From Raillietiella orientalis (lineage: Eukaryota), in assembly GCA_036172245.1 (NCBI GenBank), contig JAYWIR010000010.1, positions 1,116,001-1,180,000 on the forward strand: a DNA stretch of 64,000 nucleotides. Reading direction: 5' to 3'. Of the stretch, positions 52,300 through 64,000 are shown piece after piece. Position numbers and translations under genes: made by a program. The notes under the pieces were generated by a model that had not been told where the DNA came from, did no database searches, and saw only the letters and a list, made by a program, of their open reading frames with translations. Positions within the stretch are counted from its first letter, which is position 1. Each line of letters starts with the position of its first letter.

Positions 52300-53450
52300 T
52301 GCAACTCTCTTCAGCTGGCAGGACGGAGTTTCCCTACGCCCCTTTTGCACCTCAAGTATGAACCAGCTGGACTCGAGGAGGATTTTCGTCTTCGCCTCGT
52401 TTCGCGGAACACGCTGAAGACTGCCTCAGACATCCGGAATTCCGACGACATCCCTCTTTTCACGGTGATTCGCTGCATCTTTTTTTCCTCTGTCTCTCCT
52501 CTTTCCGGGATGCTGGTCGTCGTCTCGCAGGAAGCTCCCATTCGCCTTCTTGATCTCTGCCAAGAATTCGGTTTCTGGAGCACGTCTTCTGGCTCCGTTC
52601 TCTCCCAGACTAATGACATGTGACTGCCGCAACCGGGATTCGGGTTTGTGGGGCCCGAGTCCACTTTCCTCGGATGACGTCACCCTGCCAACCGGCGCTC
52701 CTCCGTTCCGGCAGGCGGATGGGCGACGCTCGCAGACGACGGGGCGACGGCTCGCCGCCGCATTCCTCCAGTGGCTCCCGATCCTCTTGCCTTCCCAGGG
52801 AAGTCGCAGGGCGCGGGGATCCCACCGTCCGCGGAGCATCCGAGATCAGGTTTCCCGGAAAGACCTCGCCGCTTCTTATCCCCGTCCCGTTCCTCTCAAC
52901 CCAGCCGACGAGCCCGGAGACCGGGCGTCGTCCCGACGTGCTGACGAGCGAGGAGTCGTCAAGGTGCTGCCGTCGCAATAGCGTTTGTCCCTGCGGTGGG
53001 TTGTGCACGAGGCAGGCGACGTGGCTCGGTAAGCAAGAAGTGCTCCCGCGCCCGCCTCCGAGGTCTTCTTTTGGTCTGGAAGCTCCCACAAAGCTCCAGC
53101 GGCTCATCAGCGTGCTTCCAATAAACAGGGGAACCGGTAAGAGATGGAATGGGCTGCGCGGGGTCCAGCAAAGTGCTCCGCTGAGAGGGAAGCGAGTTGA
53201 GAAGAAAGCGGCCATCTACCTGTCGAAGAGAGGTTGTAGACTCTGGGAGCTCCGGCGTCCGGACTTTACGAGGAGTGCCGGAGATCAGGTCGCTGAAAGC
53301 TTTCCCCCATCCTGCCCGCGACCTACGAGTGGAGAGCCTTCATCTGCAGCATCCGCTTGTGTTGGTCTTGCCCGAATGGGAAGCCGCCGCCGCCGCCCTC
53401 TTCGCGAGTCGCGCCTTGCAAGAAGCTACTGGCTGCCGGGAGGTCCCGGT
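52300..53450 (-). mobile_element. Decayed non-LTR RT fragment
   Basis: GFPFGQ (cf. Q.GF..G), FD.VDGRFLLNSL (cf. AFD.V.H..LL..L), FQTKRRPRR (cf. F...RG.RQG) and QHLDDSSLV (cf. YADD..L) occur in order. Confidence 0.45.
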
Positions 53451-54933
53451 GGGGGGGGGGAGCCACTGGAGGACTCGAGGGAGGAAGCGACCCAGCTGCG
53501 GGCGGACCGAAGCGGAGAGAGCGCGGGTGACCTGCGTCGCTGCTGCTTCTGCTTCCGCTCTCCGCCTTCCCCCCGGGACGGTTCGCGCGCCCGCGAAATT
53601 CGTTCTCGGAGGAGACTCCAGCAGGCCCCCGCCGCTTCCTGATTGGAGGGCGCCGCGACGCCGTCTCGAAGGCAGCCAATGGGGACACCCCCAGCTCACT
53701 GGAAGGCAGCGCTTGCGGTACCCGCATCATTGCCGCGATCAGACGAAGCTGCGGGCATCCTCAGACGCTTCTTCATCACTCATGGAGGTGCCCATTACGC
53801 CGACGCCCGATGATGGAGACGAGGAATCATCGAAACAAAGGAGGACAGATGCAAATGAGATGATGACACGGTGCAGTGGAGGGAAGCAGCCGAACGAGAT
53901 GGCAGTGGTGGTGAGGTGCGCACCAGCACGCGGCCGTCTTTCAGTCATTCACACCGGGGAAGGGGAGGAACAGAGGCGGTCACTGGCGTTCCAACCCCCG
54001 AGCATCCTCTGATGCTCTTCCCAGCCTCCGTTCCAGCCCTGGAAAGCGCCCGCTGAAAGCGTACGGGACGAGGGATCCACGGACTGCGCGTCACGAGGAA
54101 GCCGACGGGGAATCGCAGAAGAGGGAGGGGGGACTTCGCGCTGCGAGCAAGGGGGAGTTCTCCCTAGACCAAGGTCCTTGAAGGGAACAGAGAAGGGCGG
54201 TGGGATTCGAGAGATTGTTGCGAATCTCAGATTCCTGGTGTTACCCCCAGCTGCCGACAGAACCTCCAGCACTGACGCCCTCTCCATCCCGAATTCCTCT
54301 CTCCTTCGTCTCTTTTGCCGTTCCGATCAGCCTGAAGTTTTCTCCTTCTCGTTGGCGTGCCGACGTCATCTGAAGAGATCGCTAAAAATTGCGCCGTCGC
54401 TACCCAAGCAACCAAGGCAATCCCTGGAGCGAGGTCCAGGGTTAGAGGTATGCAAGCAGACAGTTGCCCGTCGATTCCCAAACCCAGTGCGCAAGTTGCG
54501 CGCTGAGGTCCTACCTTTCTTTGACAGCGACCGCTTCGTAAGCTGTCCGTCGGGGAGAGGGCGTGTTCCCGAAATAGATCAGACCAACGGGCGAGTCAGC
54601 GGTCTTGGGCGTCTACCGTCCTCAGGTTTCCCAGGGCACAGCAAGGGAGGAAGACAACCAAACCGGGAAGGAGCGCTGTAATGGCTGAAGACATCTGCAA
54701 AGTGCAACCGAGCAACCAATAGTTAGGAAAGCAGGCCGAGTACCAACTCGGCGGTGCGGCTCCGTAAAGGAGGAAGGAGAACGCGTACGAGAATGCGAGA
54801 ACCATCCACACTGATCTTACAGGACCCCCGATGAAGGACAGGCCTTTTTTGTTTTTGTTTTATTCTGGTTCTCGAAGTGCTGAAGAACGGTTCGCCTTCT
54901 TGAGGGAGGACTAACGAAGCTCTTTGGTGCTGT

Positions 54934-56393
54934 CCACGAGGGTGCTCCCTAACTCTTCAGGTTAGGGGATACCCCGTGAGGGAACCACCTTTTGAATCCA
55001 GGAAGGACTCCGGGGGAAGCAGTCCGTTCCCCTCACGCTTAGTAGGGGAACCCCCCAAGGGGAACCTCTCCCCTATTCTCTCCGGAGGAACTCCCCGGAG
55101 GCGGCCACTCCTCGTCCCTTCTCCGAAGAAAACAAGGAAAGGATACTCTCCTTGTTGCCTCGTCGGAAGAGAACCCTGAAGGGACACCTCCGAATTTCCC
55201 TGAAATTTCCTTGATTCCCCTGGAAGGGTTCCCTCCCCTTTGAAGGGGTGAAACGGCTCCATGTTCCCGACCGGAGAAGGGTCTCGAAGAGAACCGGCTC
55301 TTAACCCTTTGGATGAGGAGCTCATCGGGACGTTCTGTGCTGGCGGCACGCGATCTCTGTGGATGGAATGCTTCTCCGCGTGCCGCGTACTCGACTGACG
55401 TGCTGTGATGGAGCGCTTTATGGAGCGCTCATCAAAATTACCATTATAATTGTTTGTTTACACCACATGGAATAGAGTTTTTTCATTTTTCTCAAACATT
55501 TACTGTTTATTTGAAAACTGTAACTTCAATAAATCGACAATTCATTTGGGTGTGGTGCACCTCACAGCGCACGTCAACCCACAATCCGACGTCGCATTTT
55601 TCACATTCGCGTTCTCTGTCAATCCTTTTCTTGTGTTTTGCGCGCTCTGGGAAATGCCTGTTTTCTCCAGCTGAATCTGAGTACTCTTCGTCCCTAGATG
55701 GACTCGGTACTCTGGGGCGTTTTTTTTCTTTTCTTTTTCTGCATCTGCATCTGGCTGTTCTATTATCTACAATGCTTTTCATATCTTCAGAATCAGATGA
55801 CGATGAAAAACATAGGGACGTTCTCTTAATGTCTTGGCCATATCTTCACCCGAAACCGACTCATCATCTATTCCGCTGTCCTCTCTGGTAATAATCTCTT
55901 CAAAATTATCCGACATCTTTTGGATATCACAAAGATAAAAAAAGCAATACAATAAATTACATATGACACGGAGAAAAGCCGAGAATACTTTGCTGATATA
56001 AATAGAATTTTGCTTACTGTCGTTGCTAAGGGAATTGTGAGAGCGTAAGTGTATGCGTCCTCCATCTCAAACGTGAATCGTGTTAAGTTAAGTCGCTAGG
56101 ATAAAGTAAGGATATCTGCCAGACGCATGGATGCGAGCATGGCACTCAAAGCGTTCATTCCTGGAAGGACGTTCCGGAGGGTCGACTTCCAATCCCGGCC
56201 AGTCAACGGGAGGAGGCACCCGGATTGCGCCAATGCAGCAGCCCAGTAGGCCAGCCAGCGTCCTCCTGCAGAGGGGACTCGAGCCTCCCCACGAAGCACC
56301 CACCGTTTTCGGCCACGATCCTTCCCCCGGTGGGATTCGAACCCACGGCGCATGCGTAGGCCGCCGCAGCCTCATGGCCGCCGAGCGCGGGAC
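54934..56393 (-). mobile_element. SINE family A copy split by a piggyBac insertion
   Basis: 3' part 54934-55300 and 5' part 56158-56393 (perfect B box GGGTTCGAATCCC) rejoin to give the family consensus ...CTCCTTGATTCCTGGAAGGAC... Confidence 0.8.
55301..56157 (-). mobile_element. Internally deleted piggyBac element (second family)
   Basis: TTAA-CCCTTTG at 55301 and CAAAGCG-TTCA ending at 56157; AT-rich. Minus strand encodes KKRIDRERECEKCDVGLWVDVRCEVHHT (piggyBac C-terminal Cys-rich domain) joined to a Ser/Asp-rich N-terminus. Confidence 0.8.
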
Positions 56394-56849
56394 AAGGAAA
56401 AGCAAGAGAAAGGAAGATTAAATCCTCATCCGCCCTAGCAGCCGCCGGACCCGGAGGTCCTAAGGTTTCACTCCCCCCATCCCGCATCGTGGAGAATCGC
56501 AAGCCATCGCAAGCCATCTCACGCCACCTGTCCACGATTTCACCAACTCGCACAGCGAACGCGTGAACCCCCCTCGAGAAGGCGAGGCCTCCCTACGAAG
56601 GGTCGGCTCACGGGGAAGCCCCACATCGGCATCCTCCTCATCCCGGATTGCCGTGCCATTCATTTGACGCAAATTAATTTGCGTAGCTGGAGGAGCGCCT
56701 GAATGCGCCGGTTCGAGAGGAAAGCGACTACCCCATTGGGGACAGAGCAGGGCAGAGCCGACGAATAAATAGTGACAGTGGGATGTGGGATGGACTGGCC
56801 TTCTGTTACTGAAGATCATTCCCGATGGCCTGAGTCGGTCAGTCCGCCC

Positions 56850-58123
56850 CCAATCGTCCCTCGAACTCCACATCAGAGGCTGGGACTCCGGATCAGCCGT
56901 TCGAGGACCCTCCACCTCGCATCGCGCGACCTTCACCTCCCACTACTTGTGGAAGACCATCCGTGGATCTCCTGCCGCCCGACGAAATTCAATGTTTGAA
57001 TGCAGGAGGCTGTTGAATCCTGGACTGCGTTCCAGGGAATGCACCCTGAGGATCTTCACCTCCCGCAACATGTGTTATCACTCCCACTGGAAGTGGTGAT
57101 AAAGGACGCGGTGAATTTTTCGGTTCTGGCTGTCGTACCCCTCGCCGCAGCACCGTCTCCCCTGAGGGCAAAAGGCGGCAGTAGCCAACGGGCAGGGTGG
57201 GAGTTTTCCGGCACCATCGCGGGAAAAACGAAGCTCCTTGGTCCTGGAAGACGCGTGAGTTGGTGGATGCTGCCACTCCGCGTGCTATGACTAAAGGTCT
57301 CCTTCGGTGGGCGAGCTTCTGAGTGTTCCCCCCGAAGAACTTGTGGTCTCTCCCCATTGTGTGGACGGTTCACAGTTCTCCCTTGCCAGGAAACAGGCTG
57401 TACTGCTCCTCATCCACTGGGGATTCCAGTGTAACGAGCTACGGCACCAAGTTTCCGGAGGGTTTGTCTTCCCGAACTGTCGTGCCCGGTGAAGGTCGAC
57501 AGAGTCGATCCCACCGCACCTGCTTTTGGACTGCGGTGCCCTCAGAGAACTGTGACAGAGGCTGGCAACCGCACTCCCGCATATCTCGAGACGTGCCGCG
57601 GCGGTTCTCCACGCCGAAAGACCTCTCTACGGGCTCTGTTATGGCAACCACGGGTTGCATCCGTGCAATCGTTGGGGCCCGACAGGTGCTGCAGATCACC
57701 ACGCAGAGAAGTCACCAGGATGGCAGCCACCCACATCAGGACGGCTGCAAGGTGGCCTCATCTGGAAGAGGAAGCCAAGGAGATCACCGGCATCCATTGC
57801 CGGCTGATGGATGTTTGGAGCGGCGGACCCGTTGATCCTTGTCCCCTCCCTCCCTTTATATTTTTTTTTCCTGGTTCCCCAATTCCATTCTCTCGGTAGC
57901 TTTCTTGCTGCTTCTTGTTTTTATCCCAATGAATACGGAAGCCACCAAAGATTTCTGCCCCTCGCATCTACTGTGTTTTTTTTGTTGTCCCCTTGTACCT
58001 CCCCCGTTTTCCCGGCCTGCGTGCCGGTGGACCCTCCCCTTCGTCTCTTGCTGTCTTCGGTTGGGAACGAAAGTTCCCAACTGGTTTATTTTTATAAAAT
58101 AAACGCCCCAGAGTGACCGGGTG
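56850..58123 (+). mobile_element. L1/Tx1-type LINE (family B), longer 3' fragment
   Basis: LGLRI, KGG, LLLIHWGFQCNELRH, C..ESIPPHLLLDCGALREL, HIRTAARWPHLEE; 3' UTR ends AATAAACGCCCCAGAGTGACCGGGTG followed by a short A-run. Confidence 0.7.
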
Positions 58124-58299
58124 AAAAACCTTTACCTCCCACTCGGATTTCGCCCCTGCCCTGAGGGAAGCCCGTAGGGCAAATGAGGTTAAATTGCAGT
58201 TGCCCGGCAACCCGTTTGTCCGGATAGGGAAGCTTGAAACCGCCGCACGTTCAGCCACCTGGGATTCCTGCCGACTCTCGAGCCACGCCTGGTGGGTCT

Positions 58300-59350
58300 T
58301 TCCCCTCCCAGACCACGAGGAGGTCGCCTCGTTCCTGACTCGCTGCTGGAATTCTCACGGCGGCAGCCCGTGGGCTGCAAGTCCACAAGGCAGTGTTCCA
58401 GGTCCTGCAAGAGCGAGGCAACAGTCGCCCTCAGCGGCTCCCCCTTGACCAGTCTCTGTTTCCGGGACGCGCCTGCCGCTTCCACGGTTCATGGCACAAA
58501 CTCAGGAGGCCCTCCTCTTCACCCAGCCCGCCTCGATTCCTCCGATGTGGACGAGGCGCAGTGGATCTGCGACCCTTCGGAGGAGGAGGAGGAGGAACCC
58601 CGAGGCACTTCCTGTGGCTGGACGCGCAGTCGATCCCGGAGGAGAGCTTCCTCCCTCCAGCTCCGCAGTGGGCAGAAGGTGGGTGGGGACGCAGCAGCAC
58701 CTCGCGGTGCTTTTGGTCCCAAAAAGACATCGAAGAAACTCCCGAAGGAGCATCCGGCTCTCGCTTGCTGCGTCCACAGCGGCAGCAGCTCTCCTCTAGT
58801 CTCGTCGCTGTGGTCGTTCCTAACCAGCAGCGTGCGGACAAAGGGTCACGTCCACAACGGAATGACGCCTGACCGGCCCGGGGCACGAGGTGACCTGCTG
58901 CCTTGTTGCCGCCGTTCGTTTGGAGTCCACGGCCACTTTCATTTTGATTTCCGGGGTGATGGCACGAATCAGCGGTGCTCCAGCTGGCCGCCAGCAGTTT
59001 CACGAACGTTCGGCCCGCATCGGGTGAGCTGATTTTCGCGAAGAGCATTTTTCGGATTCCTGGCTCCCTCTTCCCGTGACGGGGGCGATCATTCCTGGGG
59101 TCGAGCGTGCTCCGCACGGAGCGTCTCCAAGTCCTGAGCTTTCCCCGTTTCCCATCCGCTTCCGTTTCCATGGCTGTGAGGAGACTCCCGGCTACTACCC
59201 ACGGAACTTTTTGCAGGCCCTCCAGCCACCCGGATCTGTTCAGTCGCATCAGCGCAACTGGAAACTTTTGAAGACGGCGCTTCGTGGCAGCGGGAGTTCC
59301 AGGTGATCCTGGAGGCGGGTTTGGGATGTTCACCTTCGCTCTCTCGGCTC
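58300..59350 (-). mobile_element. Decayed L1/Tx1-like RT core
   Basis: PGSPG (cf. KSPG.DG), RPRH..IRKMLFAKI (cf. RPI.L.N..K..AK), D*RRA..AVD..REFLRCL and GSASGFLLLL..DPL..I.GI (cf. G..LS..LF....EPL) occur in order. Confidence 0.4.
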
Positions 59351-59580
59351 GAGCGCCTGCTGTCGAATTCCCCTGGGTCTTCTGTTTCGCGCCGGTCGCG
59401 TGACCACTCATCTGACTAGCGAGCGTGAAACCAGGAAACCGTCGAGAAACGGAAACACCTGCGAGCGAAGTTGCGCGTCCTCCCTTCGGGTCCTCCCTTT
59501 CGTCCCTTCGGAGCCTGTCTTTGGCTGGCGAAGTGCTCAAGACTCGCCTGGCGGTTCAAGAAGCTCTCCAACACTGTTCC

Positions 59581-60985
59581 ACGCCACTCGAGGGTGCGTG
59601 TGACTCCCCAATTAAGAGAGGGCACTCTGGAAGGGGGAACACCCTATGAATCCAGGAGGGGCTCCGGAGAGAGGAATCCGTTCCTTTTTTACGCTTGGTA
59701 GGAACCCTCGCCCTGGTTGTCCCCAAGTCCCACCCGGACACGCCAGGGCGTTTCTTAAGATTTAAAATAAAGTCCTATATTGTGGTAGGACACGTGATCA
59801 TGTCTCACTCCGTTTGTCCATGGGCCTGCCGGGTCACCGTACGCAGACAGGCGGGGTCACCTCAACAGCGTAGGAAGAGGGAAGAAAACAAAAAGCAAAA
59901 GAAAAGAAAGAGTAATAAAATAAAATAAAAAATCTTTAGGAGGGTCGGGAAGGGATCTTGGAGGGAATCTGCATCCATTCTAGGTCCGTCCGAATAGGTC
60001 CCAGGTGGGGTCATCTGACCGCTACCCGCAGGAAGTGAACTGCGAGCTGGACGGCCTCCCTCCCGTACCGTCCTCTGCCGGCTTCGCTGCAGGCCGCCAC
60101 TATCCCGCGAATGCAGCAAAGCGCCGCTGAGGCTGCGGCTGGCTGCAGGGCATCCTGCACAAAGAGGAGCCGTAAAACGTCCCTGGGGTGCCAACAGTGG
60201 GCCGTAAGGCCCCCAAAACGTTCCCTTTATATGGGCTGGAGGGCAACGTAGTCCACAAGCAGGTACGGGAGGGATTCCCGTTCTGCCCCGCAGCTGCCAC
60301 AGTCCGGGCTCGCTCTCCTCAGCGTCCAGTAGTGTCTGAGGGAGTTGCAGGGAAGACCCTGCGCAGCAACGGCAGAAGTGCCGACCCCTGCCACTTCAGG
60401 GAGAGGGCTCTGCTGTTCTTGAGCACTGAGGTCCACTCCAGATCCCTGCTAGAAATACCCAGCAGCCCGCCCCAGAGCTGCAGTCCTCAAGGAAGGGCAT
60501 TTGGGGTTGCAGCATCCGTCAATTCCAATCCTGGAGGAAGGAATCGTCCTGGTTATCTCCGAAGAGAACCCCGGAGGAACACTTCCAAATCTTCTCTGAA
60601 GGGTTGCTCAACGAATGGAGCAGCGCGCTTCGCAATCTGGAGAGGCACCAATCCACCAACTCCTCGTTGCGAGATGGAGGGAGTCGACCACTAGGAAAGG
60701 GACGGCTCTGTCTGCTCAAGCGGAGGGGAACCCCGAGGGCAACCAACTCTTTGATTCCTGGACCCCGGAAGGTCTCCTTCCAGTCCCGACCAGTCAGCAT
60801 CAGCTTTCACCAGTACCACACCCGAATGTAGGCCAATCAGCGTCACCTCGAGGAGGGAACTCGAAGTCACGACGCACCCATTTCTCCGGCGTCTCGATCC
60901 TTTCCCTCCCCTCCCCCCTTCGGGCGGGATTCGAACCCGCAGCGCGTGGTACCATGTCGCCTCCACACGGCCGCCAAAGCGGACC
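59581..60985 (-). mobile_element. SINE family A copy split by a LINE family B fragment
   Basis: Tail 59581-59730 and body plus head 60530-60985 (A-box-like TTGGCGGCCGTGTGG, B box GGGTTCGAATCCC, second GACTTCGAGTTCCC). Confidence 0.75.
59731..60480 (-). mobile_element. L1/Tx1-type LINE (family B) 3' fragment nested in a SINE
   Basis: QGLPCNSLRHYW..SPDCGSCGAERESLPYLLVDY; 3' end AAACGCCCTGGCGTGTCCGGGTG matches the other two copies. Confidence 0.7.
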
Positions 60986-62849
60986 TCCGTCCTCGGAGGA
61001 GCTCGGGATAGAGGACGTCGCGCGCCTTCATAGGAGGACGTCGGATACGAAGCAACACCGAGGAGCCACCACTGGCGGGAAAACGCCGCCATGTTTATCG
61101 AAATGGGGACTCGTGTTCTGGCGTATTTGCTGCCCAACTTTTCCCCGTGTCTCATCTCCGGTTTAATGACTCGTATTTGAAATCCGAGACTGCCTCTGCA
61201 TTCACTACCTGAGCATCTTCGAACGGCAGCATCAGGACCAATGTCACCTCGGTCTTCTCGACAAGCCAAACAGCGAAAAGATGCATCGGATGGGCAAACT
61301 TCGAGCATCCGTTTCATGGTACGGATGTCTTCGCCCATCAACCGAACTCCCTGAGCTGCTGCTTTCGCCTGCTGCCACCGCTTGGATGACTCGCATCGGA
61401 TTGCTGTTTCCGTTGATCATGATGCTTCTCGTGCGTCTTCCGTTGGCTTCGTTCTTCCCATGTACACAAGACGCGCGACCGCAAGCGTTCCCGATTCGTG
61501 CACCCGAAGTGCACGTTGAAACCTGAGCGCCAGCACCTGAAGCGAGGGAAAGGAAACGCGCCCGAAATTTCGATCCCGAAGAGTCCGAAACTCCGAGCGA
61601 GATTCGGGGACTCCTCCCCGCAAAGCCAGCTCCCCGAGGAGGAGAGGAGCAGCGTTCCCGCGACCAGGATGATGCAGAACGAAGAGAGGTTCGAGAAAGT
61701 TCGTTCCCGATTCCGGAATTCCTGTTTCCGATCCTGGAAAGCGTGAAGCTGGGTCGACCCTGCGCTTCCTTTCGAGGCGCAAAAGGCGTCGTTCGAAAAT
61801 ACCTCCGAGGCGAAAGCGCGTAACTCGAATCCTTCGGTCAGGTCATAGCAGGAGGCGCTGCAATGTTGCCAATGCGACGCTCTGTTTACAGGGAAAAGGG
61901 GATCACCGTCGCAGCTCGCCAGAGTGTTCGCGCTGAATTCGGTTGCGCTGCTTGGAAACATTTCACTAGGCGGCCGATTTTTTTTTTTTTTTTGGCGCCG
62001 TCGCAAGCCGAGCTCACCGCCAAGCGTCGATTGCAGTAACGACTGAAATGCCTCAGGAGGCTTTTGCTACAACAAGTTTGCTCCTCGGCCTCCCTTCGCG
62101 TGCTCTCGCTGCTGATGATGTCATGAAGATCAGAATTTAACCTCTGCAGTTTGGCCTATCGTAGCTTTTGCGTCAGGTTTCACGGGCTGTTAAAGACATA
62201 TGTCATGATCGCGTTTTTACCTCAACGCAAACCGTGCACGCCACAGCTGATGGTGTGAACATCGGAAGGGGGGGGGGAATGATTTATTCCCGGCGTTTGG
62301 AAGGTGCTCCCATTTAACTGGTGACTCAGAAAAGGAATGGTAATTACAAGCAAACAACTTTCCTCGTGCACCTTGGGCTCGCGCGCGCTTCCGACCGATG
62401 TGCCCACTCACCTTTCCTATGGCGCCGTTCTTATCGACAGAGTGGAAGTTCCCGTGTTCCCGTGGGCATCACAGAGATTTCTTGAGATTCCCGATCCCTC
62501 CGTTGCAGTTCGAACGGCGCGCGCGCATCCTCGAAGCGCCACAACGAGCAGTCTCAGTTTCGGGGATTCGCTATCGAAGATGGCGAGCCCTCGCTTTCGT
62601 GGCTGCTGCTGCTGCTGCTGCTGCAGGCATCAAGCATTCTTCCCGATCCGTGCCGTTTTCCAACCACCGGGATCCACGAAAGCATTTCGATTCCAGCCTG
62701 AGACCTCCTGGTGATCTCGGTGGCAAACTCACATCGACAGTGCTTCCGGTAGCACGTCGCTATCCTCCCGTTTCGAATTGAAAAATCTAACTAAGGAATC
62801 GTATTAACCTGCAATTACATATTGACGTTGCAAAGGTCAGAGAGCATCG

Positions 62850-64000
62850 GATCGTGGATTCGCGATTGCCTACATGAAAGCTCGAGTTTCCAACGTATTC
62901 TGGAAAAATCCACCGACGCTCATGTCGTTTTAGAGAATTCGGGATCATGCCCGTTTGCAATGGATGCCCGGCATGAGTCCTCTCCTAACTCGGGTTCAGA
63001 TCAAACCAAGGAAATTTTCGTAGCTGTGTGCGTCGTGCGTATCTGTTGTGAGCAAAGTGCACTCGAGGTGCCAAGGAACACGTGGTCCACAGTCTGCTTG
63101 CATGTTGCAGTCGCCCCGATGAGGCTGTCGAACTTCGGGTCGTTGTTTCCTTTGGAAATTCTTTTGTACCACGCCGTCGGCATTCTGATGTTTACGGTAC
63201 CTGAAGCATCCTACCTGAAGCTTGCTCCAGGCACTCGGCCATCGCAGGCTGGCTCAAAGACCACCTGCTGCAAGCTGGAATGCACTCCGTTTGGGGGTAC
63301 ATCGTCTTCGGGAATCCACGGAACTTCCAGTTATGTCGATTGCGATCGGATGGTCGGAAATGCCGGTGACCCCAATGGGATTGTGGGGTTTCAAAATTCA
63401 GGCTTCCAGCGGTTGCAAGGAATGCATGGAGGTTGTTAGTGAGCATCAGATTGTGAGGCACTTATTTCCGAGTCTCATCCCACTGCGCTTCCGTTGCATT
63501 GTTTTTGGTGATCTGCGAAATCTGTGCAAGATGTATGGAGCGCTGATCGATGCTGGCATGGAAGTGTGAGCTCAGCTGGACGCAACCCACCCACTGGACC
63601 AGCCATTCAAGCATCAAAGAAAAAAACAAACCCTCGCTCTCTACGTCTTTCTATGGCGGCTCTCTGCGGTTGTTGCGCGCATGTGCTGTGATCGTTCGGA
63701 AGATGCCGTTTTCAGGTGCACCGTGAATCTGTGTGGGTTCATCTTCCTGAGCCAAAACAACAGTGCGGCCCTAAACGGCGCAGTCGTTCTCATCGGATGA
63801 GCAGACGGTTGCGTGAGATCACGTTGAGCTTTCCCCCAAAAACGACGTCGGTTGTTTGGTCACGGGTAGCGGATCACGCTAATCAGTTGATTTGCTCGCA
63901 TCCATCGGACGACTCGGTTCATACACCATTCACGGTCCAGCAAGCATCTTTACTTCATCCACTTATCGCACATCCACAGCTCAGCTCGAATGTTCCAATA
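62850..64000 (-). mobile_element. Decayed PIF1-family helicase (Helitron/Helentron-type), truncated by the window edge
   Basis: EVKML..*MV (cf. K.LI.DE.SMV), VFGGKLNVI (63815-63850; cf. FGG.NVI..GD), IPEDD..GV..SL, NI..ADGVV (cf. NI...DGLVNG) and YVGNS (cf. YVALSR) occur in order. Confidence 0.5.

Larger units (their letters stand above)
50747..53233. repeat. Long diverged inverted duplication (fold-back)
   Basis: 50747-50926 is the reverse complement of ~53060-53233; 50953-51496 is the reverse complement of ~51784-52275; unpaired spacer 51497-51783; ~790 bp of the right arm is missing from the left arm. Confidence 0.9.

Noticed and set aside
56320..56393. tRNA gene suggested by GGTTCGAATCCC (also at ~6160, 43603, 60927)
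   Set aside because: No complete cloverleaf; most of these are SINE heads.

Overview
This is eukaryotic, most likely arthropod, nuclear DNA. The supporting signs are a degenerate (TTAGG)n tract, mitochondrial fragments readable in the invertebrate mitochondrial code, and an invertebrate-type U2 snRNA fragment; a fibrocystin-L homolog hints at a crustacean (inference). I found no intact protein-coding gene: the long six-frame ORFs are GC-rich artefacts. The window is mostly decayed sequence. It holds (i) a ~15 kb heavily decayed, apparently intron-containing fibrocystin-L/PKHD1L1-like gene on the minus strand (~35.6-50.7 kb) carrying two much younger NUMTs (nad4, nad6); (ii) at least 7 copies or fragments of one ~650 bp tRNA-derived SINE with a doubled B-box head and an internal ~40 bp minisatellite, two of them split by nested insertions; (iii) three 3' fragments of one L1/Tx1-type LINE family, one fused directly to the 5' 33 nt of U2 snRNA; (iv) two internally deleted piggyBac elements, mariner remnants, and a ~2.5 kb fold-back duplication centred on a mariner; (v) weaker remnants of other RTs, Mutator-like and Sola-like transposases, a PIF1/Helitron-type helicase and an intronless tyrosine kinase. 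All protein-family calls come from manual translation and motif recall across frameshifts, not from database searches, and many boundaries are approximate. I see no complete novel functional system; the best leads are the U2-LINE chimera, the SINE architecture and the mariner fold-back.
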